The notes under the pieces: model-generated
The model's input: the letters and a program-made list of their open reading frames with translations, nothing else
What the model was told of the DNA's origin: nothing
Databases searched by the model: none
DNA from: Planctomycetota bacterium
GTDB taxonomy: Bacteria; Planctomycetota; B15-G4; JADJEK01
Direction: 5' to 3'
Assembly: GCA_044225365.1 (NCBI GenBank)
Contig: JBGAIQ010000009.1
Span: forward strand, 96,462-160,461
DNA: 64,000 nucleotides
In this document: piece after piece, positions 40,908 through 52,767 of the stretch
Layout: each line of letters starts with the position of its first letter
Numbering within the stretch: position 1 is the first letter of the stretch
Program-made: the position numbers and the translations under genes

Positions 40908-43333
40908 TCGGCGGAGAGAAGGGCGAGGAACAGGAGCAACGTGCTCCAAGACGACCACAGTTCGCGGCGCCGTGGCTCGCCGGTCAAGCGCTCGCGCACG
41001 TCGCCTTCGATCGTCGCGAGTGCGTCCTTGATCTCGTGGACCCCAAAGTAGCGTCCGCGAGTCGCCGCTGCGACCTGTTCGAGTGCATCTCGCGCAAGTA
41101 CCGGATTCTCCCACTCGCGCTTCGGCACTTCGACGGTGAACGACTTCGGCGACAGATGTCCCGCGTCGCGACCGGCGGCATCCTCGAGCCATGCCTGGTA
41201 CGAACCCGGGAGCGCAAGTCGGATCGTACCCTGGAAACGACCCTCGGCGGGATCGACGTTCGTGAGTTCGAGTTGCGTGACCACACCTCGCGGATCGGCC
41301 AGGTGCGCGACGTACTTCGCGTCCGTGAGCGGACCGAAGTCGACGTTGCGGATGCGCGCGTTCAATCGGATCGGCTCATGGATGTCGTAGACCGACTTGT
41401 CGGTCGTGAGCTCGAAGCGCTTGTTGGTGCGGCGCAACTTGTTGAGCGCCACATAGCGAACGACGGCTCGCCAGAACCGTTCCGGATACCGGTTCCCGTA
41501 GTACTTGCGCCACAGCCACGTCGAGTCGAACCCGACGAACATCGTGCGCCCCGCCGGATAGAACGACGAAGCGAGCAGGACGTGCTTGCCGAAGGAGTTG
41601 CCGTTCTCCGGATGCCGGAGCATGACCTCGGCGCCGCCCTTCGCCTTGCGCGCCGCGAAGTACCACTCCTGCGGGGGAAGGCCGACAGCCGGGTCCTCCC
41701 ACAACTTGCGGTTCATCGCGAGATCCTTCTCGAGCCGCACCGGCTCCGGCGGATCGAGCGGGTTCTCGAGCATCGGGCGAAACGGCTTCTTCGCCGAATC
41801 GAGGCGCGCCCGCTGGTCCTCGGCGTCGTTACCGACGACGACCGGAAGGAGATCCTCGAGCGGCGTTCCGATGTAGGAGACGGGATCGTCGAGTTCGCCC
41901 GCGAGGAAAACCAAGCCGCCGCCGAGTTCGACGAACTGGCGGAGGTTCTTCAAGGCGTCGTCCGCCGCCTGCGTCGACGTCGGCACGATGAGGTACGGGT
42001 TCACGTCGCCCAGGATCACCACGTCGTACGTGAGCAGCGCTTCCTTGGTCGGGGGGAACGCCGTGAGCGCGGGGACGTTGTCGGACGACTCCTGGATGAA
42101 GTCCTTGTCCGCGTCGAGCAACAGGCACTGCACCTTGAAGTTCTTCGAGCGCAGCAGGATGTTCATCAGGAAACGGTATTCCCAGCGAGCGTAGCCCTCG
42201 ACGTAGAGGACCTTCACCTGCTCGGGATCGACGCGGAGATGGTGGTTGCGGACGTTGTCGTCCTGGAACTGCTCGCCCTGGAGCGGCGCCACCTGGATCT
42301 CGAGATCGAACTCCCCTTCGCGTTCCGGGCGCCAGTAGAGGGTCTCGAGTTGCTCGCGCCCGCTCTGCTGCGCGAGCGTGATCTCCTTGCTCGACAGGAC
42401 TTCGCCGCTCTCGCGCGACTTCAGCACGAGGCTCGTCGTGCGGCCTTCGTAGCCCTTGCTCGAGATCGTGACGTCGAACGCGACGTCGTCGTTCACGAGC
42501 GCGACGTCGGGTGCGCGCACGGCCTGGATCGCGATGTTGCGCGGTTCGTTCGGGTCGCCCACGCCGATGCAGTGGACTCGCACGCCGTCGAGCGACGCCT
42601 GACTCGCGGCTTGCGCGAGATCGAGCCCAGCGTTCGATCGTCCGTCGGAGATGACGATCATCTCTTGCACGCGATCGCCACGATTCTCGATGTCGGTCAA
42701 CGCATCGGCGATCGCCGACCCGAGCCGCGTGGAGTTGGACGATGCCGACCAATCGTCGAGCGAATCGAGGCTGCGCAATTCGTCGCCGAACGCCATGAGC
42801 CGCACGTCGTTCTTGACCTTCAAGGCGTCGAGCAGCGTGGACTGATTCTTCAGGATCGCCTTCACCAGATCGACACGCGGCGTCGTCGCGAGCGCGTCCT
42901 TCGAAGGCAGCTTGGCGAGGTCGGTGAGGGCGTCCGCGGCGTCCTTGTCGTTGTACGAGTCGGCCCGTGTCATCGATGCGCTCGCGTCGAACAGGATCGG
43001 CAAGACCGATTTCTCGATCTCGACCTGCTGCGTCTCGAGCACCGGACGGAATAGAACGACGAACAGAACCGCGAACGCGAGCGCGCGCAGACCGGCGAGC
43101 AGACCGCGCTGGCGCGCAGTCAGTGGCGCGCGTTCCTTTCGGTAGGCGTACACCGAGGCCGCGATCACTCCCGGGACGATCAACAGCGCGATGATCCAGC
43201 CGGCGGGCGCCTCGAGGAACTTGAAGGTCGTGATGTCGTGCGAAACGTTCGGCAACACGGAGTTCGGTGCGTTGGAAGACGTACCCTGCGGAATCGCAGC
43301 GAGCCAGAGTGCGACCAGGCGATCCTGAATCAC
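40874..43333 (-). CDS. vWA-domain membrane protein (BatB/BatD-like, ~819 aa)
   Basis: N-terminal TM (GWIIALLIVPGVIAASVYAY, LRALAFAVLFVVLF). vWA MIDAS motif ILFDASASM. Large C-terminal domain and terminal TM (LWSSWSTLLLFLALLSAEWIL). GTG start at 43333 overlapping the upstream stop (GTGA). Confidence 0.8.
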   Translation of the reverse strand: MIQDRLVALWLAAIPQGTSSNAPNSVLPNVSHDITTFKFLEAPAGWIIALLIVPGVIAASVYAYRKERAPLTARQRGLLAGLRALAFAVLFVVLFRPVLETQQVEIEKSVLPILFDASASMTRADSYNDKDAADALTDLAKLPSKDALATTPRVDLVKAILKNQSTLLDALKVKNDVRLMAFGDELRSLDSLDDWSASSNSTRLGSAIADALTDIENRGDRVQEMIVISDGRSNAGLDLAQAASQASLDGVRVHCIGVGDPNEPRNIAIQAVRAPDVALVNDDVAFDVTISSKGYEGRTTSLVLKSRESGEVLSSKEITLAQQSGREQLETLYWRPEREGEFDLEIQVAPLQGEQFQDDNVRNHHLRVDPEQVKVLYVEGYARWEYRFLMNILLRSKNFKVQCLLLDADKDFIQESSDNVPALTAFPPTKEALLTYDVVILGDVNPYLIVPTSTQAADDALKNLRQFVELGGGLVFLAGELDDPVSYIGTPLEDLLPVVVGNDAEDQRARLDSAKKPFRPMLENPLDPPEPVRLEKDLAMNRKLWEDPAVGLPPQEWYFAARKAKGGAEVMLRHPENGNSFGKHVLLASSFYPAGRTMFVGFDSTWLWRKYYGNRYPERFWRAVVRYVALNKLRRTNKRFELTTDKSVYDIHEPIRLNARIRNVDFGPLTDAKYVAHLADPRGVVTQLELTNVDPAEGRFQGTIRLALPGSYQAWLEDAAGRDAGHLSPKSFTVEVPKREWENPVLARDALEQVAAATRGRYFGVHEIKDALATIEGDVRERLTGEPRRRELWSSWSTLLLFLALLSAEWILRKRFNLI

Positions 43334-45648
43334 GGGCGGCCTCCGAGCGAGCGACGACCGAACCAGGCGGCGAGCGCCATCTCCGCGGCGAGCAGAGCGA
43401 TGATCACGTAGAGCATCGGCTTCCACAGCTCACCCTCGTGCGACGCGACCGATTCCTGCTTCTTCACTTCGATGCGATCGAGGATCGTCAGCGGGACGTT
43501 CGGGTAGATCGAAGCGAGAGACTTCGCATCGATGCGTTCGGGGTCGCTCTCGACGGGATCGAGATTCACGGCGTACGGAATGGTCTTCTTCTCGCCCGCG
43601 CTCGATGCAGCCGCGAGCGGGAACTCGAGGTCGAGGGAGTAGATGCCGGGCTCGTACGTCCGACTGAAGACGGGCAGGACGAATCGGCCGTGTTCCTTCT
43701 CGTCGAAGTTGGCCTCGAGCGCCACGCGCTCGTTGTTCGGTAGGACGATCGCGATCGACGAGGGGATCGCGCGCTCGGTGCGGCGCAAGCGATCGGAGAT
43801 GCCGATGTTGAATTGATCGAGGTCCGGCATCGTGAGGAACGCCGCGATCTCGTGGATCAGCGAAAGGTATCCCATCACGTTGTCGCCGTCGGCGAAGGAC
43901 GCCCAGCTCGAATCGATGCTCGTGCCGAAGAGGACGACGCGACCGTGCCCCGCGGGCTTCTCGAGGATGAGCGGGCTCGGCGATGCCGCGTCATCGTCGA
44001 GCGAGAGGACCGTGGCCGTCGCCGCATCCTTGTTCCCGACCACCACGCGAACGTAGCGCATCACGGGGATGCGGAGCTCCGAAGTGAGTCGCGGATCGCG
44101 GAACAGTTCGAGCAAAGGGTGCGAGAGGTCCTCGACTCGCGGGAGCACCGCGCGCGACTTGTCGGCAGCGGCGTCCCCTCGGAATTCGACGAGGCGGGCG
44201 GGCAATAGACCGGTCCCGTCCTCCCGATACAGGCGTTCGTTCCAGGCCCGCAGATCGAGATCGTCGCCGGCGAAGATCAGGAGGCCGGCACCATTGCGCA
44301 CCGTATCCTCGAGTTCGCGCGCGATCTTCTCGTCGATCCTTCCGACGTCCGCGAGCACGATCATGTCGTAGTCGGAGAGCGTCTCGGCCCCGAGATTGAA
44401 TCGCCGATCGTCCATCGTCTTCACGAGGTACGGCGAGAGGCTCGGCTGGTCGTCGACGCCCGGATTCAGCATCGCGGCGAACTCGGAGGTCGATCGCAGG
44501 TCGTCGCCCTTGTCGTACTGGCCGTCGACGACGAGGACGTTCACGCGATCGCGAACCGGGAACGCGAGGAAGCGGCGGTCGTCCCCGGGAATCTCGTCCT
44601 CAGCGATCTCGAACTCGACGCTCGCGAACCCCTCGTCCTTCATGCTCGCCGCGAACTCGACGCTCGCCGTTCCGTGCGCGGGGACGTCGAACGCCACGGT
44701 CCGCGCCTGCTCGCGCCGTCCATTCAGGACGAACGACCCTCGCACGCCGTGCTCCGCCGTCGCGCCCTGGTTCTTCACCGTCGCGGTGAACGAGACGACG
44801 TTGTCCTTCACCACGTTCTTCGGCGAGGAAACGAGATCCTCCACCGTCAAGTTGTGGGACGGCTCGGAGTCGCCGACGTCGACGATGACGAACGAGGCAT
44901 CTCGCGACGTCGCGCGACGAAGCGCTGCGGCGGGCAGCGCTTCGTTTCGACCCTCGTGCGTCGGCGGTGACGCCGGTTCCTTGCCCTTGCCGAGGTCAGC
45001 GGTGCTCGGATCGTCGGGATCGAAAGTCAGTCGCTGGAGATCGCTGAAGAGGAAGACCTCGTGATGCGAAGTCGCGGGAGCGAGCACGAGTTCGTCGACC
45101 AGTTCGACTCCGCGAACGAGATCGCAACCGCGCCACTCCGGCTTCAACCGCGAGATCGCGTCGCGCACGAGATCGAGGCGGGTGGACTCCTGGACGAGGA
45201 TCTGCGGAGCCGCGGAGAGCGAGACGAGGGTGACGCGATCGCCACGCTCGGCGGACAATTGATCGATGAGCTGCCGCGCCTGCTCCTTCGCGCGATCGAG
45301 CGCGCTGTCGCCGCCCCGGGTCGTCCGCGTCATCGAGTACGAAGTGTCGATCATCACGACGAGATTGCGCTGCGAATTCGTGAGCATCGACAGCGGATTC
45401 GACAGCGGCACGAACGGCCGCGCGAGCGCGAGCGCGAGCAGCACGATCAACGCGCAGCGCACGAGCAGGAGCAGGAGTGACTCGAGCGTGAGGCGACGAC
45501 GCGTCTTGCGATAGGCCTCGAGCAGGAACTCCTGCGCCGCCCACTTCACGGGCGTGAATCGCCGCCGATTCAGCAGATGGATGATCAGCGGCACCGCGAA
45601 GAGGAGCGCTCCGGCGGCGAGCGCTGGGCTCGCGAAGGAGAAGTTCAT
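43330..45648 (-). CDS. BatA-like vWA-domain membrane protein (772 aa)
   Basis: Aerotolerance-BatA-type N-terminus MNFSFASPALAAGALLFAVPLIIHLLNRRR. vWA MIDAS VVMIDTSYSMT. C-terminal TM LYVIIALLAAEMALAAWF. Start overlaps the DUF58 stop. Confidence 0.8.
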   Translation of the reverse strand: MNFSFASPALAAGALLFAVPLIIHLLNRRRFTPVKWAAQEFLLEAYRKTRRRLTLESLLLLLVRCALIVLLALALARPFVPLSNPLSMLTNSQRNLVVMIDTSYSMTRTTRGGDSALDRAKEQARQLIDQLSAERGDRVTLVSLSAAPQILVQESTRLDLVRDAISRLKPEWRGCDLVRGVELVDELVLAPATSHHEVFLFSDLQRLTFDPDDPSTADLGKGKEPASPPTHEGRNEALPAAALRRATSRDASFVIVDVGDSEPSHNLTVEDLVSSPKNVVKDNVVSFTATVKNQGATAEHGVRGSFVLNGRREQARTVAFDVPAHGTASVEFAASMKDEGFASVEFEIAEDEIPGDDRRFLAFPVRDRVNVLVVDGQYDKGDDLRSTSEFAAMLNPGVDDQPSLSPYLVKTMDDRRFNLGAETLSDYDMIVLADVGRIDEKIARELEDTVRNGAGLLIFAGDDLDLRAWNERLYREDGTGLLPARLVEFRGDAAADKSRAVLPRVEDLSHPLLELFRDPRLTSELRIPVMRYVRVVVGNKDAATATVLSLDDDAASPSPLILEKPAGHGRVVLFGTSIDSSWASFADGDNVMGYLSLIHEIAAFLTMPDLDQFNIGISDRLRRTERAIPSSIAIVLPNNERVALEANFDEKEHGRFVLPVFSRTYEPGIYSLDLEFPLAAASSAGEKKTIPYAVNLDPVESDPERIDAKSLASIYPNVPLTILDRIEVKKQESVASHEGELWKPMLYVIIALLAAEMALAAWFGRRSLGGRP

Positions 45649-46562
45649 CGCCGCGAACCTCGCCGTTCGCGCAGCGCGAGGTACGAAGTGAGTGCGACGT
45701 CGAGCGGCGTGTCGGTGAGGAGCACGCGGAAGTCGACTCCGTTGTTGAGACAGCCCTTCTTCAACTTGGCCTGATGCGCGTTGAAGACCTCAAGGTACGC
45801 GGCGCGCAGGGCCTGAGGATCGGCGATCAGGTCGCCCATCCCCTCGAGGCCCTCGAACTTCATCATGCGGTCGAACGCGAAGTCGACTTCGTCACGATCG
45901 AGCACCTGGAAGACCATGACGTCTTGCCGCTTGGTCTTGAGGGCGCGGATCCCCGCGAGCACTTTCTCGGGCGGCGCGAAGAAGTCCGAGATGACGGCGA
46001 CGATCGATCGCGGCGGGAGTCGCGTAGCGAGTTCACGCAGTGCGAGCCCAGGGTCGGTCTTCTTCACGAGCTTCACGCGCTCGATCGCGTCCGTGATCTT
46101 GAGCAGGTGCGAGGGCCGCGTCGCCGCGGGAACCCATTTGTCGACGTCCTCGCTCGTGAGCGCGAGCGCGGCGGCATCGCGGTGATCGAGGACGAGGAAC
46201 GACAAGGTCGCCGCGACGAATGCGCCGTAACGGAACTTGCTGACCCGATCGACGCCCGCGTAGCTCATGGACTCCGAGCAGTCGAGGACGATCGACAGCG
46301 TGAGGTTCGTCTCTTCCTCGTAGCGCTTGATGTAGTAGCGATCGGATCGTCCGAAGATCCGCCAGTCGAGATGGCGCAGGTCGTCGCCGGGCACGTATTC
46401 GCGATGCTCCGCGAACTCGACGGAGGCCCCGCGATGCGGGCTCTTGTGCATCCCGGCCATGAATCCTTCGACGGCCTGGCGCGCCTTCAGTTCGAGGCGC
46501 CCCAGCTTGTCGAGGACCTTAGGATCCAACCACTGGCGGTAGTCGTGTGTCGCTGAGGACAT
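45645..46562 (-). CDS. DUF58 protein (MoxR-associated)
   Basis: DUF58 signature FAEHREYVPGDDLRHLDWRIFGRSDRYYIKRYEEE...LDCSESM. Classic position between MoxR and the vWA proteins. Confidence 0.9.
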   Translation of the reverse strand: MSSATHDYRQWLDPKVLDKLGRLELKARQAVEGFMAGMHKSPHRGASVEFAEHREYVPGDDLRHLDWRIFGRSDRYYIKRYEEETNLTLSIVLDCSESMSYAGVDRVSKFRYGAFVAATLSFLVLDHRDAAALALTSEDVDKWVPAATRPSHLLKITDAIERVKLVKKTDPGLALRELATRLPPRSIVAVISDFFAPPEKVLAGIRALKTKRQDVMVFQVLDRDEVDFAFDRMMKFEGLEGMGDLIADPQALRAAYLEVFNAHQAKLKKGCLNNGVDFRVLLTDTPLDVALTSYLALRERRGSRR

Positions 46563-47562
46563 CGGATTCAGCGCGCGGAACGCTTTCGAGGATGCGCTTC
46601 ACGAGGTCGTCGGACGTGATGCCCTCCGCCTCAGCGCTGAAATTGGGAAGGATGCGATGGCGCAGCACGGGCTGCGCGACGGACCGAACATCGTCGCCGA
46701 GGACGTTCGCATGTCCCTTGAGGAGGGCGCGCGCCTTGGCAGCGAGGACGAGGAATTGCGATGCGCGCGGACCAGCGCCCCATGCCACCGACTCCCGGAT
46801 GAAGCCGGGCGAATCGGGTTGGGTCGGGCGCGAGACGCGCGCGAGGCTCATGGCGTAGCGGATCATCGAGTCGTGGATCGGGACCCGTCGCACGAGTTGC
46901 TGCAGCTTCAGGATCTCCTCGGCGGAGAGAACGGGGAGCGGCTCGGCGGATTCGCGCGCCGTCGTCCGACGAACGATCTCGAGTTCCTCGACATCGCTCG
47001 GATAGTCGATCCGGATGTTGAACATGAAGCGATCGAGCTGCGCTTCGGGCAGGGGATAGGTGCCTTCCTGTTCGATGGGGTTCTGCGTCGCGAGGACGAA
47101 GAACGGCTGACCGAGCGAGTGCTTCTTGCCCGCCACGGTGACCTGGTACTCCTGCATCGCCTCGAGCAACGCCGCCTGGGTCTTCGGGGGCGTACGGTTG
47201 ATCTCGTCGGCGAGGATCACGTTGGCGAACAGAGGCCCGGGGATGAATCGCATCTCGCGCTCGCCTGTGCTCTTGTTCTCCTGGATGACCTCCGTGCCCG
47301 TGATGTCCGACGGCATGAGGTCCGGCGTGAACTGAACGCGGTTGAAGGAGAGAGACAGGGTCCGCGCGAGGGTCGAGATGAGCAACGTCTTCGCGAGACC
47401 GGGGACTCCCGTCAGGATGCAGTGGCCGCGCGCGAAGAGCGCGATCAGGAGCTGATCGACGACTTCGTCCTGCCCGACGATGACCTTCTGGATCTCGGTC
47501 TTCAGGCTCGTGTACGCCGCGCGGATCTGCTCCACCGCGGCGAGGTCTTGCGACTCGGTCAT
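46519..47562 (-). CDS. MoxR-family AAA+ ATPase
   Basis: Walker A GVPGLAKT, Walker B ILADEINR, sensor and Arg-finger regions. C-terminal MoxR helical lid. Start set at MTESQDLAAVEQIRAAY (47562); the track ORF start at 47622 adds 20 residues. Confidence 0.9.
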   Translation of the reverse strand: MTESQDLAAVEQIRAAYTSLKTEIQKVIVGQDEVVDQLLIALFARGHCILTGVPGLAKTLLISTLARTLSLSFNRVQFTPDLMPSDITGTEVIQENKSTGEREMRFIPGPLFANVILADEINRTPPKTQAALLEAMQEYQVTVAGKKHSLGQPFFVLATQNPIEQEGTYPLPEAQLDRFMFNIRIDYPSDVEELEIVRRTTARESAEPLPVLSAEEILKLQQLVRRVPIHDSMIRYAMSLARVSRPTQPDSPGFIRESVAWGAGPRASQFLVLAAKARALLKGHANVLGDDVRSVAQPVLRHRILPNFSAEAEGITSDDLVKRILESVPRAESDVLSDTRLPPVVGS

Positions 47563-47677
47563 TGCGAAACTCCAGGTACGGCCGTGATTCCGCGGGACGT
47601 GAGGCCCCGCAGATCCAACCATCTAGGATACGATCGGCAAACGAGAGGCGAGAGACGAAATCGTTCGTGAGATCTCG

Positions 47678-49876
47678 TCACCGGCGCTGAACGACCGCGG
47701 TGAACTCCGGTGACGCGGACAGGATCGTCCCGCCGCTCGCCGTCAGATTTCCGAAGTACGAAGAATCCTGGTTCTCGTACGCCGTCGGCGGCGGCGCGAC
47801 GGCGCCGATCCACTTCAGCTCCGCACCGAGATCGAGCACCAGTAGCCGCCGATTCGTCGGCACGAACATGAGGTCACCCACGAATGCGACCTTGCCGAAG
47901 CGCTGCTCCTGCAGATCGAGAGGCGGAGTGATCCACGAACTCTTGTCGTTGCCATCGAGATCCGTGGCTTCGAAGAATACGCTGTCGACGTTCGCGCCGC
48001 TGACGTGCGCCGATTCGAAGATCAAACGGCCGTGCTCCTCGTCGAATCCGAGTAGCGTCGTACGCTCGCTCTTGAACAGCGGATCGTTCAGGAGGACGTC
48101 GCCGCGCTGCGACGGCGAGCGAGCGAGGACATAGAGGTATCGCGAGTCGGAGGGCGTGACGACGATTCGATCGCCGGTCACGATCGGGGGCGCCGTTGTC
48201 CACCCGCCCGTGATGTAGATCTGTTCGGGGGTGTACTTCCCCCGGTCCGTCGGCGTGATCCGATGGTACTTCACGATCCAGTCGATCGCGCCCGTTTGCG
48301 CGTCGACGGCCGCGAAGACTCCCACGTTGGTCTGAACGTAGGCAAGACCGTCGGCGACGACGACCGGCGAAGGTCGCGAGCGCCGTGCTTCGGTCGGCTG
48401 ATTGCGCATCTCGTACTCGGAGACGTCGGCCGCCGAGGCGATGAATCGGCTGTACACGAGCGCGCCACTCTTCCGATCGAATGCGAACAGGGCGCACTCG
48501 GAAGCGGTCGTGAGACGCGTCGCGGTGTAGAGGACGAGATCCCCCGCGATGGCGGGTGGAGTCTCGAACGCATAGCCCTCGAGCGCGTCATCGCGCTGTT
48601 CGGGTCCGGCATAGCGCCATGCGAGTTTGGGTGGAAGCGATGCGTCGCGGCCGATCGTGACGGCGCACGCGGCGCTGCGCGTACCGGCCGCCCCGACGGT
48701 CACGGCGAAATAGAGACGCTCGCCATCGAACACTCCGCCGACGCTCCGTGCCGTACGATCGATGGCCTCGGTCGTGGTCGAGAGGACCTTGGAGTACGGG
48801 AACTCCGCAGCGATCGGATCCCGCGGGTTGCCCGGCTGCGAAGCGTTGTGCTTGCCGCCCGCGAGGACGTGACGATGGAGATAGAGGCCACATCGCCCGA
48901 GAACAGCGAGACTGTCGCCGATGGGAATCACGGTCGTCGCCGGAATGGCTTCGAATTCGACGTCCGACAGCAGGTTCGTGCTGTTCCGGTTGAACGCCCT
49001 CTGCTCGGAGAGTTCCTTGACCGACTGACGCCCGACCTGGAAGGACTCGAACTTGCCGAGGTCGGCGCCGCTGGAGTCGGGCTCTTCGAATTCCGCATCG
49101 AACGATCGAACAAACTCGGAGAGCGGCATCGACTTGCCGGCGACCGTCACGGGTTCCGCCGCGAGCGAGTTCGCCCGCTCACGAATCGCGTCGAATTCCG
49201 AACGATCCCGCCGCGCCGCGGCCATGGCGAGGGCGCGTGCGAGATCGATCGTGCGCAATGCCGTGGAGTCGATCGCCTGTAGCTCGAGCAGCGCGTCGAA
49301 CGCGCGGTGACCGTTGTCGAAGTCGCCCTGTTCGACGGCGAGCGCGAGACTCTCGCGCAGCGCCGCTACCGCCGTGGCCGCGAGCGGAAAGCGGAGGCCG
49401 ACGTCGAGGAGTCGACGCGGCGAGTGCGAAGGGCGGGTCTGGGCGAGAGCGGCCGCGGCGGCGGATCCGAAGAGCTCTGTGTATCGCGCGCGCGCTTCGG
49501 GACCGAGGGCCAGGAGGCGCCGGCGCGCCGCGCCGGACGCCGAGAGCCAGGTCCGCGCGCCGAATTCGACGACGCCGTCCGAACTCTCGATCATCCGTTG
49601 ATAGCGCTGGACCGCTTCCGCCCAGTCCTTGCGCTTTGCCGCATCGTCGGCACCGAACAAATCGGCCTTCGCATTGTTGCTGACGACGACGAACGCGCCG
49701 TTCGTGAAGTTCTCGTCCTCACGCGGCATCACCTGCGCGCGAGCCAACGTGGCGAACACGACGAGGGCCGCGACGCAAGCGGTCGTCTTGCTTCGGAGAG
49801 AGGACGAGAACGCGCAGCGACGAGCGATCAGTCGTCGCGTGACGCTTCGTCGATACCGACCTTGCCTTGTGTCCAC
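47678..49876 (-). CDS. exported PQQ-like beta-propeller repeat protein (~730-755 aa)
   Basis: Signal peptide h-region ACVAALVVFATLARAQV. Repeated blade patterns (GDLVLYTAT, GALVYSRF, GAIDWIVKY, RIVVTPSDSRYLYVL). The start is uncertain: ATG 49945, GTG 49876 and a CTG at 49834 are all in frame. The later ones reduce overlap with the upstream ftsB-like gene that ends at 49828. Confidence 0.7.
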   Translation of the reverse strand: MDTRQGRYRRSVTRRLIARRCAFSSSLRSKTTACVAALVVFATLARAQVMPREDENFTNGAFVVVSNNAKADLFGADDAAKRKDWAEAVQRYQRMIESSDGVVEFGARTWLSASGAARRRLLALGPEARARYTELFGSAAAAALAQTRPSHSPRRLLDVGLRFPLAATAVAALRESLALAVEQGDFDNGHRAFDALLELQAIDSTALRTIDLARALAMAAARRDRSEFDAIRERANSLAAEPVTVAGKSMPLSEFVRSFDAEFEEPDSSGADLGKFESFQVGRQSVKELSEQRAFNRNSTNLLSDVEFEAIPATTVIPIGDSLAVLGRCGLYLHRHVLAGGKHNASQPGNPRDPIAAEFPYSKVLSTTTEAIDRTARSVGGVFDGERLYFAVTVGAAGTRSAACAVTIGRDASLPPKLAWRYAGPEQRDDALEGYAFETPPAIAGDLVLYTATRLTTASECALFAFDRKSGALVYSRFIASAADVSEYEMRNQPTEARRSRPSPVVVADGLAYVQTNVGVFAAVDAQTGAIDWIVKYHRITPTDRGKYTPEQIYITGGWTTAPPIVTGDRIVVTPSDSRYLYVLARSPSQRGDVLLNDPLFKSERTTLLGFDEEHGRLIFESAHVSGANVDSVFFEATDLDGNDKSSWITPPLDLQEQRFGKVAFVGDLMFVPTNRRLLVLDLGAELKWIGAVAPPPTAYENQDSSYFGNLTASGGTILSASPEFTAVVQRR

Positions 49877-50109
49877 CGGGCCTGCACCACTCGCGACAGC
49901 GTCGTCGGGTCGCGGGTCTCGAGAGCTTGCTTCTGGAGTCCCCATCGCTCGGCTTCGTCGCGCAGCTTCACGAGCTCCTGTTCGGAGTGCTTCTCCGCGT
50001 CGAGGAGCGCGCGCCGTCGGAACTCCGCGGGAATCGTTCGCCCGAAGTAGACGGCGACCATCAACCCGAGAAGGAGGAACAGGGCACCATTGCGTTGAAC
50101 TGCGATCAT
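49828..50109 (-). CDS. FtsB/DivIC-like septum-formation initiator (93 aa, TM + coiled coil)
   Basis: MIAVQRNGALFLLLGLMVAVYFG TM helix, then a coiled-coil EQELVKLRDEAERWGLQKQALETRDPTTL resembling PF04977. Located directly downstream of eno, as in many proteobacteria. The track ORF (to 50427) has junk upstream. Confidence 0.55.
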   Translation of the reverse strand: MIAVQRNGALFLLLGLMVAVYFGRTIPAEFRRRALLDAEKHSEQELVKLRDEAERWGLQKQALETRDPTTLSRVVQARWTQGKVGIDEASRDD

Positions 50110-50194
50110 CAAGCGGGACACGAAAGACCCTCCACCGTTGCCGCGCGGATTCTCGCGGTCACGGGGAGACAAGTCAAAGCGAACACCAACTTCT

Positions 50195-52166
<1,972 letters not shown>

Positions 52167-52167
<1 letters not shown>

Positions 52168-52754
52168 TACGACAGCGCGGGCCGCGAGAGGATCCCGGCC
52201 TCGATCTCGGCGACGAGCGCCGACGAACGCAAGCGCGTCACGATCGCGTAGGCGAATTCGAACGCCGTTCCCGGCGCCTGGCTGGTCAGGACATCGCCGT
52301 CGCAGACGACGCGTTCGCCCGCGTCGACCGCAACGCCAGCCGCCCTCAATTCATCCCGCACCGCGGGATGGCTCGTCACCCGGCGTCCGTGAAGGAGACC
52401 GGCGCGGAGGAGGACGATCGGCGCGGCGCAGATGGCGGCGACGAGCTTGCCGGCCGCCGCATGGTTGCGCAGCAGAGCGAGCACACGCTCGTCCTCGCGC
52501 ATCGCCTTCGCACCCGGAGCGCCGCCCGGCACCACGACGGCGTCGAAGAGCGGCGTGGCGTCCACTGTGCGGGCCAGGAGTTCGTCGAGCGTGATGTCGG
52601 GAACGAGGACGACGCCGCGCGAAGCGCGAACCGCGCCGGGATGGAGCCCTGCCACTGTGACGTCGATCGTCGCGCGACGCAATACGTCGATCACGGTGAC
52701 GGCTTCGATCTCCTCGGAGCCGTCTGCGATCAGAACGAGGGCGCGCGGATTCAC
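52167..52754 (-). CDS. DJ-1/PfpI family protein (YajL/ThiJ-like)
   Basis: ALVLIADGSEEIE...VVPGG...KLVAAICAAPIVL nucleophile-elbow Cys. ~195 aa. Confidence 0.85.
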
Positions 52755-52767
52755 GCGAAGGACGCGA

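Noticed and set aside
41036-43054. 672-aa plus-strand ORF
   Set aside because: Antisense to the vWA gene with MIDAS motif. Arg/Glu/Val-rich noise.
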